DNA from: a phage
DNA: 64,000 nucleotides
Assembly (NCBI GenBank): GCA_014161675.1
Contig: GCA_014161675.1_4760.1
Reading direction: 5' to 3' (one strand)
Under the pieces are notes generated by a model. It ran no database searches, was not told where the DNA came from, and saw nothing but the letters and a program-made list of their open reading frames with translations. Made by a program: the position numbers and the translations under genes. Each line of letters begins with the position of its first letter. Within the stretch, counting starts at the first letter, position 1. Positions 47,284 to 61,802 of the stretch are shown one piece after another.

Positions 47284-49082
47284 AACAATTAATTAATATC
47301 GGTAACGTTGTTGATGACGGTACAGGTGATTATCTAAGAAAAGGCGGTCAAAAGATTAATGACAACTTTTCTGAACTTTATACTAAGCTGGGGGATGGTG
47401 ATATCCCTCATGCATCCGGCGCGTGGAAAACTCACACACAACCAGTATTAAAACCAAATTTTGGTGATGCATGGGCGATTAATACAACGAACAACGCTGT
47501 TTCTGTTGAATTGCCTAAAGGAAGCGCGAGTGATTATAATAAAACAATTAAACTTCGTGATGTTTGGCGCTCATGGGCTGCACATAACGTAACGTTGAAG
47601 CCAGCACAAGGTGATACCATTAAGGGATCTCCAATCGACCGTGAGTTGTATAAAGATTTCATGGATGTTGAATTGGTTTATTGTGCGCCCGGACGTTGGG
47701 AATATGTCGAAAATAAACGAGTAGATACTATCACCACTTCCGATTTAAGCACAGTCGCTAAGGAAGTTTATATTGCAACCGAAGGACAAACAGACTTCCC
47801 TAATGTGTTTGGTTCCAATACTTACAATATTCGAAATGTTGAAGTGTATTATCGCGGTAACTTGCTTTATTATGGCAAGGATTTAACCGATGATTCTAAC
47901 TATGGTTCAATCGGTGAAAACGGTGATATTGTTCCTCTGGACGGTAAAAGCATTAAATTACGCTTCCCTTGTTCGGCGGGTGATACCATTCAAATCATCA
48001 CTTATATGGACGGTATCGCATCCTTCCGGTCAAGCTATATTACTCATACAATCCGCGTTTATGAAACAGGAATGACCACTTTTGAATCCATCCCTGGTGA
48101 AGTTTGGGTCGGTGAACTTGCTAATAAGAAAGAGTTTACTAATGCTGAATTAGGCGTAAGTAAGCGAGATCTTATTAATCCAAATTCATTTGAATTGCTG
48201 ATCAACGGCACACAAATGATTAAAGCGGGTGATGCGGATTTACCTTCCTTTATTTGTGAAGGTGCTGACGGTGAAACGGAAGAAACCTGCGTACTTGCTG
48301 GCGGTCAATGGGTGGAATCTGGTGAAGATTATTCATTAATGTTTGACGAAAACAGCGTGGTGACTGGTATTAAATTATCTAAAGCACTAGATAACAGAGA
48401 CACTATCACAATTCGCTGGTTTAATAATGATATCGGAACATTAATGGAATGGGACGGTGTAGGCGGTATTAAAGAAAAAGCAGATAAAATCTATCTTAAT
48501 AACGAAGATGAAGTTACTCTGACAAATCGAATTGAATATACCGATTTCCAGAATCCAAGCCAAGCAACTAAACGCCCAATGGAAGATTATACAGGTCGTG
48601 TGATGGATATATATTCCATCTTTGATATTTTCCATCCTATAGGCACAATTTATGAAAACGCGCATAACCCAGCTAACCCGGCGACATATATGGGAATTGG
48701 TACATGGGTACGTTATGCGGAAGGAGAATTTCTGGCTGGTTGGTCTTCTGACGCAAGCGATCAAAACTTCGCACTAAACAACAACGATCTTGATACACAT
48801 GGTCAACCTACACACACCGCAGGTGGTAACGGTGGTGATGTTGCATACCAGATCAAGAAAAATATGATTCCTGAATTACAGAGCAACGATCGAGTTCTTG
48901 TAAAAGATGATAACGGAAATATTATTATCGGTGGTTGTCAGGTAGACCCTGATGCAGTAGGTCCAGCGTTTACCAAATATCGAGAAGATAATGTTAAGGT
49001 TAATCAGGGAAATACCGATCCATCAATGATGGGTATTCTTCCTCCATACAGAACTGTCTATCGTTGGCTAAGGGTAGGTTAA
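47280..49082 (+). CDS. 10: baseplate wedge protein gp10
   Basis: 600 aa, position and size as T4 gp10. Confidence 0.8.
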   Translation: MKQLINIGNVVDDGTGDYLRKGGQKINDNFSELYTKLGDGDIPHASGAWKTHTQPVLKPNFGDAWAINTTNNAVSVELPKGSASDYNKTIKLRDVWRSWAAHNVTLKPAQGDTIKGSPIDRELYKDFMDVELVYCAPGRWEYVENKRVDTITTSDLSTVAKEVYIATEGQTDFPNVFGSNTYNIRNVEVYYRGNLLYYGKDLTDDSNYGSIGENGDIVPLDGKSIKLRFPCSAGDTIQIITYMDGIASFRSSYITHTIRVYETGMTTFESIPGEVWVGELANKKEFTNAELGVSKRDLINPNSFELLINGTQMIKAGDADLPSFICEGADGETEETCVLAGGQWVESGEDYSLMFDENSVVTGIKLSKALDNRDTITIRWFNNDIGTLMEWDGVGGIKEKADKIYLNNEDEVTLTNRIEYTDFQNPSQATKRPMEDYTGRVMDIYSIFDIFHPIGTIYENAHNPANPATYMGIGTWVRYAEGEFLAGWSSDASDQNFALNNNDLDTHGQPTHTAGGNGGDVAYQIKKNMIPELQSNDRVLVKDDNGNIIIGGCQVDPDAVGPAFTKYREDNVKVNQGNTDPSMMGILPPYRTVYRWLRVG

Positions 49083-49083
49083 T

Positions 49084-49728
49084 ATGATTTCTAAAACACG
49101 TTCAAAAGCTAGTGTATTTTCCAGCGATGCGGCGTTTATTTCATACGATCCAGGATCGAAAGATCCTGTTATCGGTGGTTCTCGTCCAATTGGTGGCGTT
49201 AATGTCGATCAATCAAGAAAAGGTTCCTATGTAAACAACGTTCAATCTGCAATTGATGACCTTTATTCATTGTCAATGATCCGAATTGGTGATGTGTTGG
49301 TTACAACCGACTCAACTCCACCACAAGCCGCAGGACAGATTGAAACTCTGTCATTTTCTGGTTCTGTTAACAATCAGCATAATCCAGACGCAAACAAAGT
49401 ATTAATTGATGTTTTGGGTTATCCATTTATTGTTGATGTTGGGTCTTCCGGCGTTTCTCTATGTGAGAAAGTAACGGAAAAATTTACCGAACTAATGAAT
49501 AAAAACATTATGTTCAAAGAAGTAAAAAGAAAAGGAAGTAGCAACGACCAATTAGAAATTCATTATATCGATTCTCTTGAACACCCACCAACCGATATTA
49601 ACAAGTACGGAATTACAATCACAGGAAATGTTGATTCTCCTGCTCGTGTTGGTTATGGTTCATGGTCTCGAATGGGTACAGAAGAGAAATTTGGAACTAC
49701 CCTATATTATTTCAAACGTATTGCATAA
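49084..49728 (+). CDS. 11: baseplate wedge protein gp11
   Basis: 214 aa. Confidence 0.8.
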   Translation: MISKTRSKASVFSSDAAFISYDPGSKDPVIGGSRPIGGVNVDQSRKGSYVNNVQSAIDDLYSLSMIRIGDVLVTTDSTPPQAAGQIETLSFSGSVNNQHNPDANKVLIDVLGYPFIVDVGSSGVSLCEKVTEKFTELMNKNIMFKEVKRKGSSNDQLEIHYIDSLEHPPTDINKYGITITGNVDSPARVGYGSWSRMGTEEKFGTTLYYFKRIA

Positions 49729-49739
49729 GGTGATGTATA

Positions 49740-51140
49740 ATGGCAAACAATACTATTAACCATGTAAAAGACGATGCTCAATACGTCAAGTTTAACCCTG
49801 TAAATGATTGGCCTCAAAGCATTACCAACGTACAAGCGGCTTTAGCCGCTATTAATGGCTTTGCCGTAAATGGATTACCGGACGCTACGGAAGATACAGC
49901 CGGGATCGCTGCAATCGCAACTCAGGAAGAAGTAAACGACGGCACTGTAGACAATAAGATCGTGACTCCAAAAACACTAGCTGTTAAAATGTCACGTCCA
50001 GATGCTACAAAAGAAGTAAAAGGCATTACCCGATTTGCCACGATGGAAGAATCGCTGCAAGAGAGCAACGAGAACATGGCAATCGGTCCAGACACACTAA
50101 ACCATTACTTCACCACTAAAAAGGCGTCAGAGAGCGTTCAGGGGACTATTAAGATATGTTCTCTTGAGGCGGCAAAGATTGGCAGTGATGACACAATGGC
50201 AGTAACACCGAAAAAGATGCACACTGCCATTGCACAGATTGTGCCGGGATTAATTCCAGATCAAAACACAGCAACCGAAAGCGCACAGGGTTTAGTTCAG
50301 TTAGCAACTAATGCGCAGGTTTTACAAGGCCAGATTCGAGAAGGTTTTGCAATTAGCCCTTATGCATTTGCAAATGCTCGCGCCAATGAGAATCAGGCGG
50401 GTACTGTTAAGATCGCCAGCCAGTCACAGATGAATGCTGGTTCAGATGATACTGTAGTTGTTTCTGCTAAGAAGTTTGCAAGCACTAAGGCAACAACGTC
50501 TCAATACGGCATTGTTAAACTACGAGACACCGTAGGAAGTGAGGCTAACGCTGCACTATCAGCAAATGCTAAGGTTCTTCCTAGCACTGGCGGTACGGTA
50601 AGCGGAAACGTCTATAAAGGTTCAAACTCAGACGGCAACCAGTTTGTTACTAAAAATGAATTAGCGAATCACGCAATGCCAATTGGTGGTATTATCCTTT
50701 CTGGATTCAATGCCGATCGAGGTGACTTTCTGATCTGTAATGGTCGTTCACTGAATAAAAATCAATATCCGCAATTATTTTCTGCGATTGGTTATACCTT
50801 TGGTGGTTCAGGTGACAATTTTAATCTTCCTGATATGCGCGGTTTAGTTGCTCGTGGTTGCGATCATGGAAGAAACCTTGATCCAGGTCGTCGATTTGGT
50901 TCTTATCAAGAAGACGCAATGCAGAGAATTACTGGTAAATTCCCTGTAGCTGACCGCTGGCGCGGTTGGTATGGTGGCGCATTTACTGCACAGCGCGGTC
51001 AATGGAGCACGAACTATAAAAACGGTGGTGGTGATGATTGGGGTTCTACTGTTAACTTTGATTCAGGAAGATCCGTAAGAACGGCTAACGAGACTCGCGT
51101 CAAGAGTCTGGCATTAAACTATATCATAAGGGTGCGCTAA
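49740..51140 (+). CDS. 12: short tail fibre gp12
   Basis: N-terminus MANNTINHV...YVKFNP...VQAALAAI and C-terminal NLPDMRGLVARG match T4 gp12 pattern. Confidence 0.85.
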   Translation: MANNTINHVKDDAQYVKFNPVNDWPQSITNVQAALAAINGFAVNGLPDATEDTAGIAAIATQEEVNDGTVDNKIVTPKTLAVKMSRPDATKEVKGITRFATMEESLQESNENMAIGPDTLNHYFTTKKASESVQGTIKICSLEAAKIGSDDTMAVTPKKMHTAIAQIVPGLIPDQNTATESAQGLVQLATNAQVLQGQIREGFAISPYAFANARANENQAGTVKIASQSQMNAGSDDTVVVSAKKFASTKATTSQYGIVKLRDTVGSEANAALSANAKVLPSTGGTVSGNVYKGSNSDGNQFVTKNELANHAMPIGGIILSGFNADRGDFLICNGRSLNKNQYPQLFSAIGYTFGGSGDNFNLPDMRGLVARGCDHGRNLDPGRRFGSYQEDAMQRITGKFPVADRWRGWYGGAFTAQRGQWSTNYKNGGGDDWGSTVNFDSGRSVRTANETRVKSLALNYIIRVR

Positions 51141-52909
51141 TGATTGAACAATTAAACATCCACGAGATCCCACATGTTGACGGTGTACCAAGCGAAGGAC
51201 AGCACCGTATTAACTGGATCAAGAATGGCGAATGTTTAAGCGCAGCAACGACACAGACTGGCAATGACGGGACGCTTAACCGCGCCCCGGTTGCAATTCA
51301 AGAAAACGTTGCACGCGTAAACGAAAACGCAAAATCAACCGTCGCTAAAGTTAACGAGGTTGTAACGGCGGTTAACGATATTAAAACAACTTTAGGGGTA
51401 ATTTCTGACGGAAGTATCATTGATGTGGTTAACCAGACTGTCGCAAAAGTTGAATCCGTCGAAGATAACTTAGGAGAAACAGCAAGAACTCTACAAACAA
51501 CGGTAGACGCTGTATCAGAACTTAACATCAAGATTGGTGATCGCCCCGCTGCCGATCCTAGCACAAGAACAATCTATGATGACATTTCTTTCATCAAACA
51601 AGAAATGGGTTCTTATCCTAACTTTAATATCAATGGTTCCCCTGATGCTGGCAGTTCCGGTTCTGGCATCAAATACCGAGTTATTCAGAATACCGCAGCA
51701 TTAAATGACCACGGTCGCCGAATCATTCAGCTTGAAAACGACTGGCAAGATTCTGACGTCGGCGAGTTAACAAAACAAGTTAACAAAATGCGCAGTGAGA
51801 TCGGCGACACGTCTCTTGCAACACAAGAAAATGTGTATGTTCGTCTCCGCACCAACGCAAGAAACATTGCTAACTTATCAAACGAAGTTCTAGAAGTCAA
51901 GAAAGCAATTTTGTTTGATTCAATCCCTGATATCGGGACTAAAGTCACTACGCTGGGAACTAATTATGAACGTCTAAACAATGATGTTAATGGTGTAGAT
52001 TCCGGTATTCGTCCTCGTCTTCTGGCTGTCGAGAATAAGATCGGAACGCCTCAATCGGCTGGAAGCATTGACTATCGATTAACCAACACAGAGCGAGAAT
52101 TTTTAGATCTTAAACAGGTTGTTGGTGTAAGCGGTGCTGACGGTTTGCGCGGTGAAGTTGTTCGACTTTCCAATGAGATTGGCACTGACAGCGATCGACA
52201 TACTCTAGCCGGACGTATTAAAGTTGTAGAAAACACTCAGGGTCGGTTAGAAGCAAGCGTACAGGACATGGAACAGATTGTAGGTGATCGCGAATCAGGT
52301 TTGACCGCTGGCGTTATTAAACTATCAAGTGATATCTATGGCGATGATGGTTCAGAAGATCCATTTACTCAGAAAGGCGTGATTAAAATCGTCAAAGAGC
52401 TACAAACATCTAACGGAAACAAAGTAGATGATGTACCTGATGACGGTTTCCATTATCTGCGTAAGCGCGGAGAATGGGTGCAAGTTGCATATGCTGCTGG
52501 AGCATTTAAAAATACCGCAGATATTACGGTTGAGCTGGACGAACAGGATGTTTATAAACCGATTCCGCTTAACGACATGGCGGAAGAAGTTAATGCGCGT
52601 CAAATGGTGAAAAGTGAATCTGTTATTACCGTTCAGGACAAAGGTTTATTCCGTTGTGTATTCCGTTGTGATGTACAAGCTCAACATAATGCAACATTCA
52701 TTGTTGCGATTTTCAAAAATGGACAGATGGTACATGAAGCGAAAAATGGTCATTACGGAACAGACGAATTGATCAGCTATTCTACCAGTGCTTTCCTAAA
52801 TATTGAAACGGGAGATCAGATTAACATCCGTATTAAGGGTGTATCTGCCGAAGCAGTAGCACAGCCAGTACAAATTAAAGAGTTCCTCTTTGGGATTTCT
52901 CCGGTATAA
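51140..52909 (+). CDS. wac: fibritin (whisker) with extra C-terminal globular domain
   Basis: N-terminal DGVPSEGQHRINWIKNGE, foldon-like DGFHYLRKRGEWVQV, then about 140 additional residues. Confidence 0.8.
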   Translation: MIEQLNIHEIPHVDGVPSEGQHRINWIKNGECLSAATTQTGNDGTLNRAPVAIQENVARVNENAKSTVAKVNEVVTAVNDIKTTLGVISDGSIIDVVNQTVAKVESVEDNLGETARTLQTTVDAVSELNIKIGDRPAADPSTRTIYDDISFIKQEMGSYPNFNINGSPDAGSSGSGIKYRVIQNTAALNDHGRRIIQLENDWQDSDVGELTKQVNKMRSEIGDTSLATQENVYVRLRTNARNIANLSNEVLEVKKAILFDSIPDIGTKVTTLGTNYERLNNDVNGVDSGIRPRLLAVENKIGTPQSAGSIDYRLTNTEREFLDLKQVVGVSGADGLRGEVVRLSNEIGTDSDRHTLAGRIKVVENTQGRLEASVQDMEQIVGDRESGLTAGVIKLSSDIYGDDGSEDPFTQKGVIKIVKELQTSNGNKVDDVPDDGFHYLRKRGEWVQVAYAAGAFKNTADITVELDEQDVYKPIPLNDMAEEVNARQMVKSESVITVQDKGLFRCVFRCDVQAQHNATFIVAIFKNGQMVHEAKNGHYGTDELISYSTSAFLNIETGDQINIRIKGVSAEAVAQPVQIKEFLFGISPV

Positions 52910-52955
52910 GAAATTAAAGGGGCGTTAAGCCCCTTTTTCGTTTATAGGTGATATT

Positions 52956-53888
52956 ATGTCAGGATATGTAACCAATAACCCAAGAGAATTAAAAGACGCT
53001 ATTCTGCGTCGTTTAGGCGCACCAGTAATTAACGTAGAAGTAACAGAAGACCAGATTTACGATTGTATTCAGAGAGCATTAGAACTCTATGGGGAATATC
53101 ATTTCGATGGTGTGAATAAAGGATATAAAGTATTTCGTGTTAGTGCCGAGCAAGCGCAACACGGGGTATTTGATTTAAGCGATTCTGGAGTATTCGCAGT
53201 AACTAAAATAATTCGAACAAACGTAGGTAGCGCGGCTACGATGGATGGTACTGCCGTTTATCCGTGGTTTACTGACTTTCTGTTGGGTTTAGCTGGTGTA
53301 AATGGCGGTTTAGGATCTGGCTGTAGTAAATTTTATGGTCCAAATGCAATGGGTGGTGATCTAGGATATTTCGAACAGCTTATGAGCTATCGAGCCACTA
53401 TGCAAAATATGCTCAATCCGCTGCCAGATTATTGGTATAACAGCGCAAACGGACAACTTAAGATAACAGGAAACTTCCGAGAAGGTGATCTCATTGTTGT
53501 TGAATTATATGTTAAAAGCTATGTAGACGTTCCTGATATGATCGGCGCGGTTGCTGGTTATGCTCATGCTGGAGGATGTTCTACCGCTGGAGGGATTAGC
53601 GCCGTTTATGATAATCCAACTGCTGGTTTAAGCGGGATTGTTGCTGGCATGGGACCGATCAGTGAGAACAAGCAGGGCGCATATAATAACCGTTGGGTTA
53701 AAGACATGGCAACCGCTTTCACTAAGGAGGTGTGGGGGTCTATCATGGCTAAACATCAAGGTCTGCAATTACCCGGCGGTGTCACTGTTGATGGTATCCG
53801 AATCATTGAAGAAGCACGCGCCGACATTGAGAAATTGCGACAAGAACTAGAATTATTAGATCCTCCGTTCGGCATCCTCATGATTTGA
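52956..53888 (+). CDS. 13: neck protein gp13
   Basis: 310 aa, position and size as T4. Confidence 0.8.
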   Translation: MSGYVTNNPRELKDAILRRLGAPVINVEVTEDQIYDCIQRALELYGEYHFDGVNKGYKVFRVSAEQAQHGVFDLSDSGVFAVTKIIRTNVGSAATMDGTAVYPWFTDFLLGLAGVNGGLGSGCSKFYGPNAMGGDLGYFEQLMSYRATMQNMLNPLPDYWYNSANGQLKITGNFREGDLIVVELYVKSYVDVPDMIGAVAGYAHAGGCSTAGGISAVYDNPTAGLSGIVAGMGPISENKQGAYNNRWVKDMATAFTKEVWGSIMAKHQGLQLPGGVTVDGIRIIEEARADIEKLRQELELLDPPFGILMI

Positions 53889-53924
53889 TTTATTGGGGGA
53901 GTATTCCCCCATTTGGAGTAACAT

Positions 53925-54665
53925 ATGTTTAACAACACTCTTTTTGCTCGCCTTGAATCGCAAAAGGATTATGAGAATACACGACAAACAGAGATTCTTA
54001 ATCCTTATGTGAACTTTCACAAATATACAAATACTCAGACGTTAGCCGACGTTATGGTCGCCGAAGCTATTCAGATGCGAGGTGTAGAATTATATTACAT
54101 CCCTCGTGAATTTGTCAAACCAGATATGATCTTTGGTGAGGATGTTCAAAGCAAATTTACTAAAGCATGGAAATTTGCGGCGTATATTAACTCATTTGAT
54201 GGGTATGAAGGAGCGGGTAATTTCTTCTCTAGTTTCGGGTATCAAGCTAATGATGAATTAACTTTTACGGTTAACCCCAACCTATTCAAACATCAAGTAG
54301 ATGATCAAGAGCCAAAATCAGGTGACTTAATTTATATTCCGATGAGTAATGATTTATTTGAAATTAATTACGTTGAGCCATATCAGCCGTTTTTTCAGGC
54401 TGGCAAAAATGCCATGCGTAAAATTATTGCAGAGAAATTCGTGTATAGCGGTGAGGAATTGCGACCAGAATTACAACGCAATGAGGGAATTAATGTTGAT
54501 GAGTTTGCGGATCTGGATCTTGCACCGATCACTAATCTGGACGGGTTAACAGATATCAACCTAGATCAGTACAAAGAAGATAAGCAATTCAGAAGCGAAG
54601 GACAAGATTTTATTGATCCGTTTGATCCTATTAATGGCAAGGGTTCACCTTTCGCCGATTTTTGA
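53925..54665 (+). CDS. 14: neck protein gp14
   Basis: 246 aa. Confidence 0.8.
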   Translation: MFNNTLFARLESQKDYENTRQTEILNPYVNFHKYTNTQTLADVMVAEAIQMRGVELYYIPREFVKPDMIFGEDVQSKFTKAWKFAAYINSFDGYEGAGNFFSSFGYQANDELTFTVNPNLFKHQVDDQEPKSGDLIYIPMSNDLFEINYVEPYQPFFQAGKNAMRKIIAEKFVYSGEELRPELQRNEGINVDEFADLDLAPITNLDGLTDINLDQYKEDKQFRSEGQDFIDPFDPINGKGSPFADF

Positions 54666-55525
54666 TAAATACTCATAAACAAGGGGGTCAAATGTTCGGT
54701 TGGCACTATAATTCGTCAATTAGACGGTATATTGTATTGCTGGGTAATTTATTCTCCGGTGTACAAATTAAAAGGGTGCGTAGCGACGGTGAGCGTTTTA
54801 TTAAAGTTCCTATCACCTACGCAAAGAAAGAAAAATTCATGATGAGTCTGGACAAATATAACAATATCTCAAGTGAGGAAGACGTAGCAAAGGTAGAAAC
54901 TATTTTACCGCGTATGTGTCTTTCTTTGATTGATATGACATACGCCCAGAACTTTAAAACAAATATTGCAAATAAGACAGTACCAAAATATACGGCTGAT
55001 GGAATCAGGAGCGTAACACAATATAATCCTGTACCATATAAGTTTACTTTCGAGTTAGGGATTTATACGCGTAACGAAGATGATATGTTTCAGATAATTG
55101 AACAGATTCTTCCTTACTTCCAGCCTCATTTTAACTGTAAGATTAAAGAACTACACGGTAATGATGTATGGATTGATCGAGATATTCAGGTCACAATTAG
55201 TTCTATTACTCCAGATGAACAGGTAGGAGAAGATAAGTTTTCTCGTCGTCGTCTTGAGTGGACCATTATGTTCGAATTTATCGGGTTTATATATCCTCCA
55301 GCTACCGACGTTAAGGGGGAAATTAGAACGATTTATCTTGATTTTCATGCCAATTCTCGTGAATTGAATCCTAGCGGTAATTTTGAATCCGTGGATCACG
55401 AGGTCGTTAAACGTGACGTCGAGCAAGATGATTGGGACGGAACTATCAAAGAATCATATTCTAGTGATATTCCAATACCAGTTGCACCGACCCCACCGGG
55501 TCCACGTATTGTAAGAGAATTTTAA
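54662..55525 (+). CDS. 15: tail sheath stabiliser / terminator gp15
   Basis: 287 aa. Confidence 0.8.
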   Translation: MINTHKQGGQMFGWHYNSSIRRYIVLLGNLFSGVQIKRVRSDGERFIKVPITYAKKEKFMMSLDKYNNISSEEDVAKVETILPRMCLSLIDMTYAQNFKTNIANKTVPKYTADGIRSVTQYNPVPYKFTFELGIYTRNEDDMFQIIEQILPYFQPHFNCKIKELHGNDVWIDRDIQVTISSITPDEQVGEDKFSRRRLEWTIMFEFIGFIYPPATDVKGEIRTIYLDFHANSRELNPSGNFESVDHEVVKRDVEQDDWDGTIKESYSSDIPIPVAPTPPGPRIVREF

Positions 55526-55538
55526 GAGGTAATTTATT

Positions 55539-59138
<3,600 letters not shown>

Positions 59139-59172
59139 ATACGATAATGCATAAAAAGATGAGGAAATTCTA

Positions 59173-61176
59173 ATGACTCTATTATCACCGGGTTTCGAAA
59201 CGAAAGAAACTACTCTCTCCACTACCATTGTGCAATCTGCGACTGGTCGCGCGGCACTGGTGGGTAAATTCCAATGGGGTCCAGCTTTCCAAATTGTTCA
59301 AGTAACTAATGAAGTTGAATTAGTTAATAAATTTGGTCAGCCGGATAATAACACCGCAGACTATTTCATTAGCGGGGCTAACTTCCTCCAGTACGGTAAT
59401 GATCTGCGTGTTGTTCGCGTATTGAATAAAGAAAAAGCGAAAAACGCAACTGCCCTAGCTGGTAACATCGAGTTTGAAATCACAAACGAAGGTTCAAACT
59501 ATGAAGTAGGTGATACCATCAAGATTAAACATAACCGTCAAGATATTGAAACGGCTGGTAAAGTAACTAAAGTTGATGGTGATGGTAAAGTTAAGGGCGT
59601 ATTTATCCCAACTGGTAAAATTATCGCTCACGCTAAAGCAATCGGTGTATATCCAGAACTTGATGGCGGTTGGACGGCAGAGTTCACTTCTTCGTCAGGT
59701 AACGGTAGTGCGGCGCTGTCAGTGACTAAAATTGTTACTGATTCCGGTCTTCTGTTAACGGATCTGGAAACTTCCCGCGCCAATATCACAAATCAAACTT
59801 TCTTGACTAAACTCCAGAAGTATGATATGCCAGCGGTAAGTGCAATCTATGCTGGTGAGATCGGCAACTCTCTGGAAGTTGAAATTCTGGCACGTAGCGC
59901 GTTCAGTGGCGCGGTAGCACCTGAATTAACCATGTATCCGTTCGGCGGAACTCGTGCCGCAGCACGCAACCTGATTCCATATGCACCGCAGAATGATAAT
60001 CAATATGCATTTATTGTTCGTCGCGATGGTGTTGTGGTAGAATCCTATGTACTGTCTACTCTGAAAGGGGATAAAGACGTATACGGCAATTCTATCTACA
60101 TGGACGACTTCTTTGCTCGTGGTTCTAGCCAGTACATCTATGCAACCGCTCAAGGATGGGTAGATGGTTTCAGTGGTATTATCTCTCTTGCTGGTGGTGT
60201 TTCTGCTAACGAAGCAACGACTGCTGGTGTTGGTGCTGATCCGTTCATCGGTGCGATGATGCAAGGTTGGGATCTGTTTGCTGAACGAGAATCTATTCAC
60301 GTAAACCTGTTGATCGCTGGTGCATGTGCTGGCGAAGGCGATGCGTTCTCTACCGTACAGAAACATGCTGTTTCCATCGGTGATGAGCGTCAGGATTGCT
60401 TAGTAATGGTTTCTCCGCCGCGTAGCACTGTTGTTAATATTCCGGTGACTACCGCAATTGATAACCTGATTGCATGGCGCGAAGGTTCAGGAAACTATAA
60501 TGAAAACAACATGAACATTAATACCACTTACGCTGTTATTGATGGTAACTACAAATATCAGTATGACAAATACAACGACGTAAACCGTTGGGTTCCGTTG
60601 GCTGCTGATATTGCTGGTCTGTGCGCTCGTACTGATGCTGTATCCCAGCCGTGGATGAGTCCGGCAGGTTATAACCGTGGTCAGATCATGAACGTGGTTA
60701 AACTGGCAATTGAGCCTCGCAAAGCGCACCGCGATCGTCTGTATCAGGCCGCAATTAACCCGGTGATCGGTGCTGGTGGTGAAGGGTTTATCTTGATGGG
60801 TGATAAAACCGCTACGACTGTTCCTAGCCCGTTTGACCGCATTAACGTTCGTCGTCTGTTTAACATGCTGAAAAAGAATATCGGCGATTCAAGCAAATAC
60901 AAACTGTTTGAAAACAATGATAACTTTACTCGCGCTTCCTTCCGTATGGAGGTTTCGCAATATCTCAGCACGATTCGCTCTCTGGGTGGAATTTATGACT
61001 TCCGAGTACAATGCGACACCACGAATAACACGCCGGATGTAATTGATCGTAACGAATTTGTTGCTAGTATGTTCATCAAACCAGCAAAATCGATCAACTA
61101 TATCATGCTCAATTTCACTGCTGTTGCAACTGGTTCTGATTTTGACGAAATTATCGGTCCAGCTAACCAGGCATAA
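59173..61176 (+). CDS. 18: tail sheath protein gp18
   Basis: 667 aa, position and size as T4. Confidence 0.9.
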   Translation: MTLLSPGFETKETTLSTTIVQSATGRAALVGKFQWGPAFQIVQVTNEVELVNKFGQPDNNTADYFISGANFLQYGNDLRVVRVLNKEKAKNATALAGNIEFEITNEGSNYEVGDTIKIKHNRQDIETAGKVTKVDGDGKVKGVFIPTGKIIAHAKAIGVYPELDGGWTAEFTSSSGNGSAALSVTKIVTDSGLLLTDLETSRANITNQTFLTKLQKYDMPAVSAIYAGEIGNSLEVEILARSAFSGAVAPELTMYPFGGTRAAARNLIPYAPQNDNQYAFIVRRDGVVVESYVLSTLKGDKDVYGNSIYMDDFFARGSSQYIYATAQGWVDGFSGIISLAGGVSANEATTAGVGADPFIGAMMQGWDLFAERESIHVNLLIAGACAGEGDAFSTVQKHAVSIGDERQDCLVMVSPPRSTVVNIPVTTAIDNLIAWREGSGNYNENNMNINTTYAVIDGNYKYQYDKYNDVNRWVPLAADIAGLCARTDAVSQPWMSPAGYNRGQIMNVVKLAIEPRKAHRDRLYQAAINPVIGAGGEGFILMGDKTATTVPSPFDRINVRRLFNMLKKNIGDSSKYKLFENNDNFTRASFRMEVSQYLSTIRSLGGIYDFRVQCDTTNNTPDVIDRNEFVASMFIKPAKSINYIMLNFTAVATGSDFDEIIGPANQA

Positions 61177-61249
61177 TCAGTAAATTAGCATAGATTAAAA
61201 GTTAAATCAAGCGGGGAGAAAATCCCCGCTCTATTAAGGAATATCAATT

Positions 61250-61744
61250 ATGGCACTCGATTTGAATGATATTACACGCGGTTTCGAGTCTGGCGATTTT
61301 GCTCGTCCTAACCTGTTTGAAGTTGAGATCCCGTATCTGGGGCAAAACTTTAAGCTGATGTGTAAGGCTGCGACTGTCCCGGCTGCTACCGTAGAAAAAA
61401 TTGCTATAGGCTATCAAAACCGTAAAATTAACATCGCTGGCGACCGTGTATACGACGACTGGACCATCACTGTATTCAACGATGACGCACACAAGATCCG
61501 TGATGCTATCGTTGCATGGAGCGATCAGACACACGGCACTGGTTCGGCGATCACGGGTGCAACTCCTGCACAATATAAGAAACAAGCTATTGTTCGTCAA
61601 CTTAACCGTAACACCGAATCAACTAGCGAAAAAACATTGTACGGTATTTTCCCGACCAACGTTGGTGAAGTAACCCTCGATTGGGAACAAAACAACGAAG
61701 TTGAAACGTTTGAAGTTACTTTTGCTATCGATTGGGTAGAATAA
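61250..61744 (+). CDS. 19: tail tube protein gp19
   Basis: 164 aa. Confidence 0.9.
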   Translation: MALDLNDITRGFESGDFARPNLFEVEIPYLGQNFKLMCKAATVPAATVEKIAIGYQNRKINIAGDRVYDDWTITVFNDDAHKIRDAIVAWSDQTHGTGSAITGATPAQYKKQAIVRQLNRNTESTSEKTLYGIFPTNVGEVTLDWEQNNEVETFEVTFAIDWVE

Positions 61745-61802
61745 ATATATTATCATGCGGGGAGAAGTTCCCCGCCTAATTTCTCCCAATTCGAGGTGAA
61801 TA

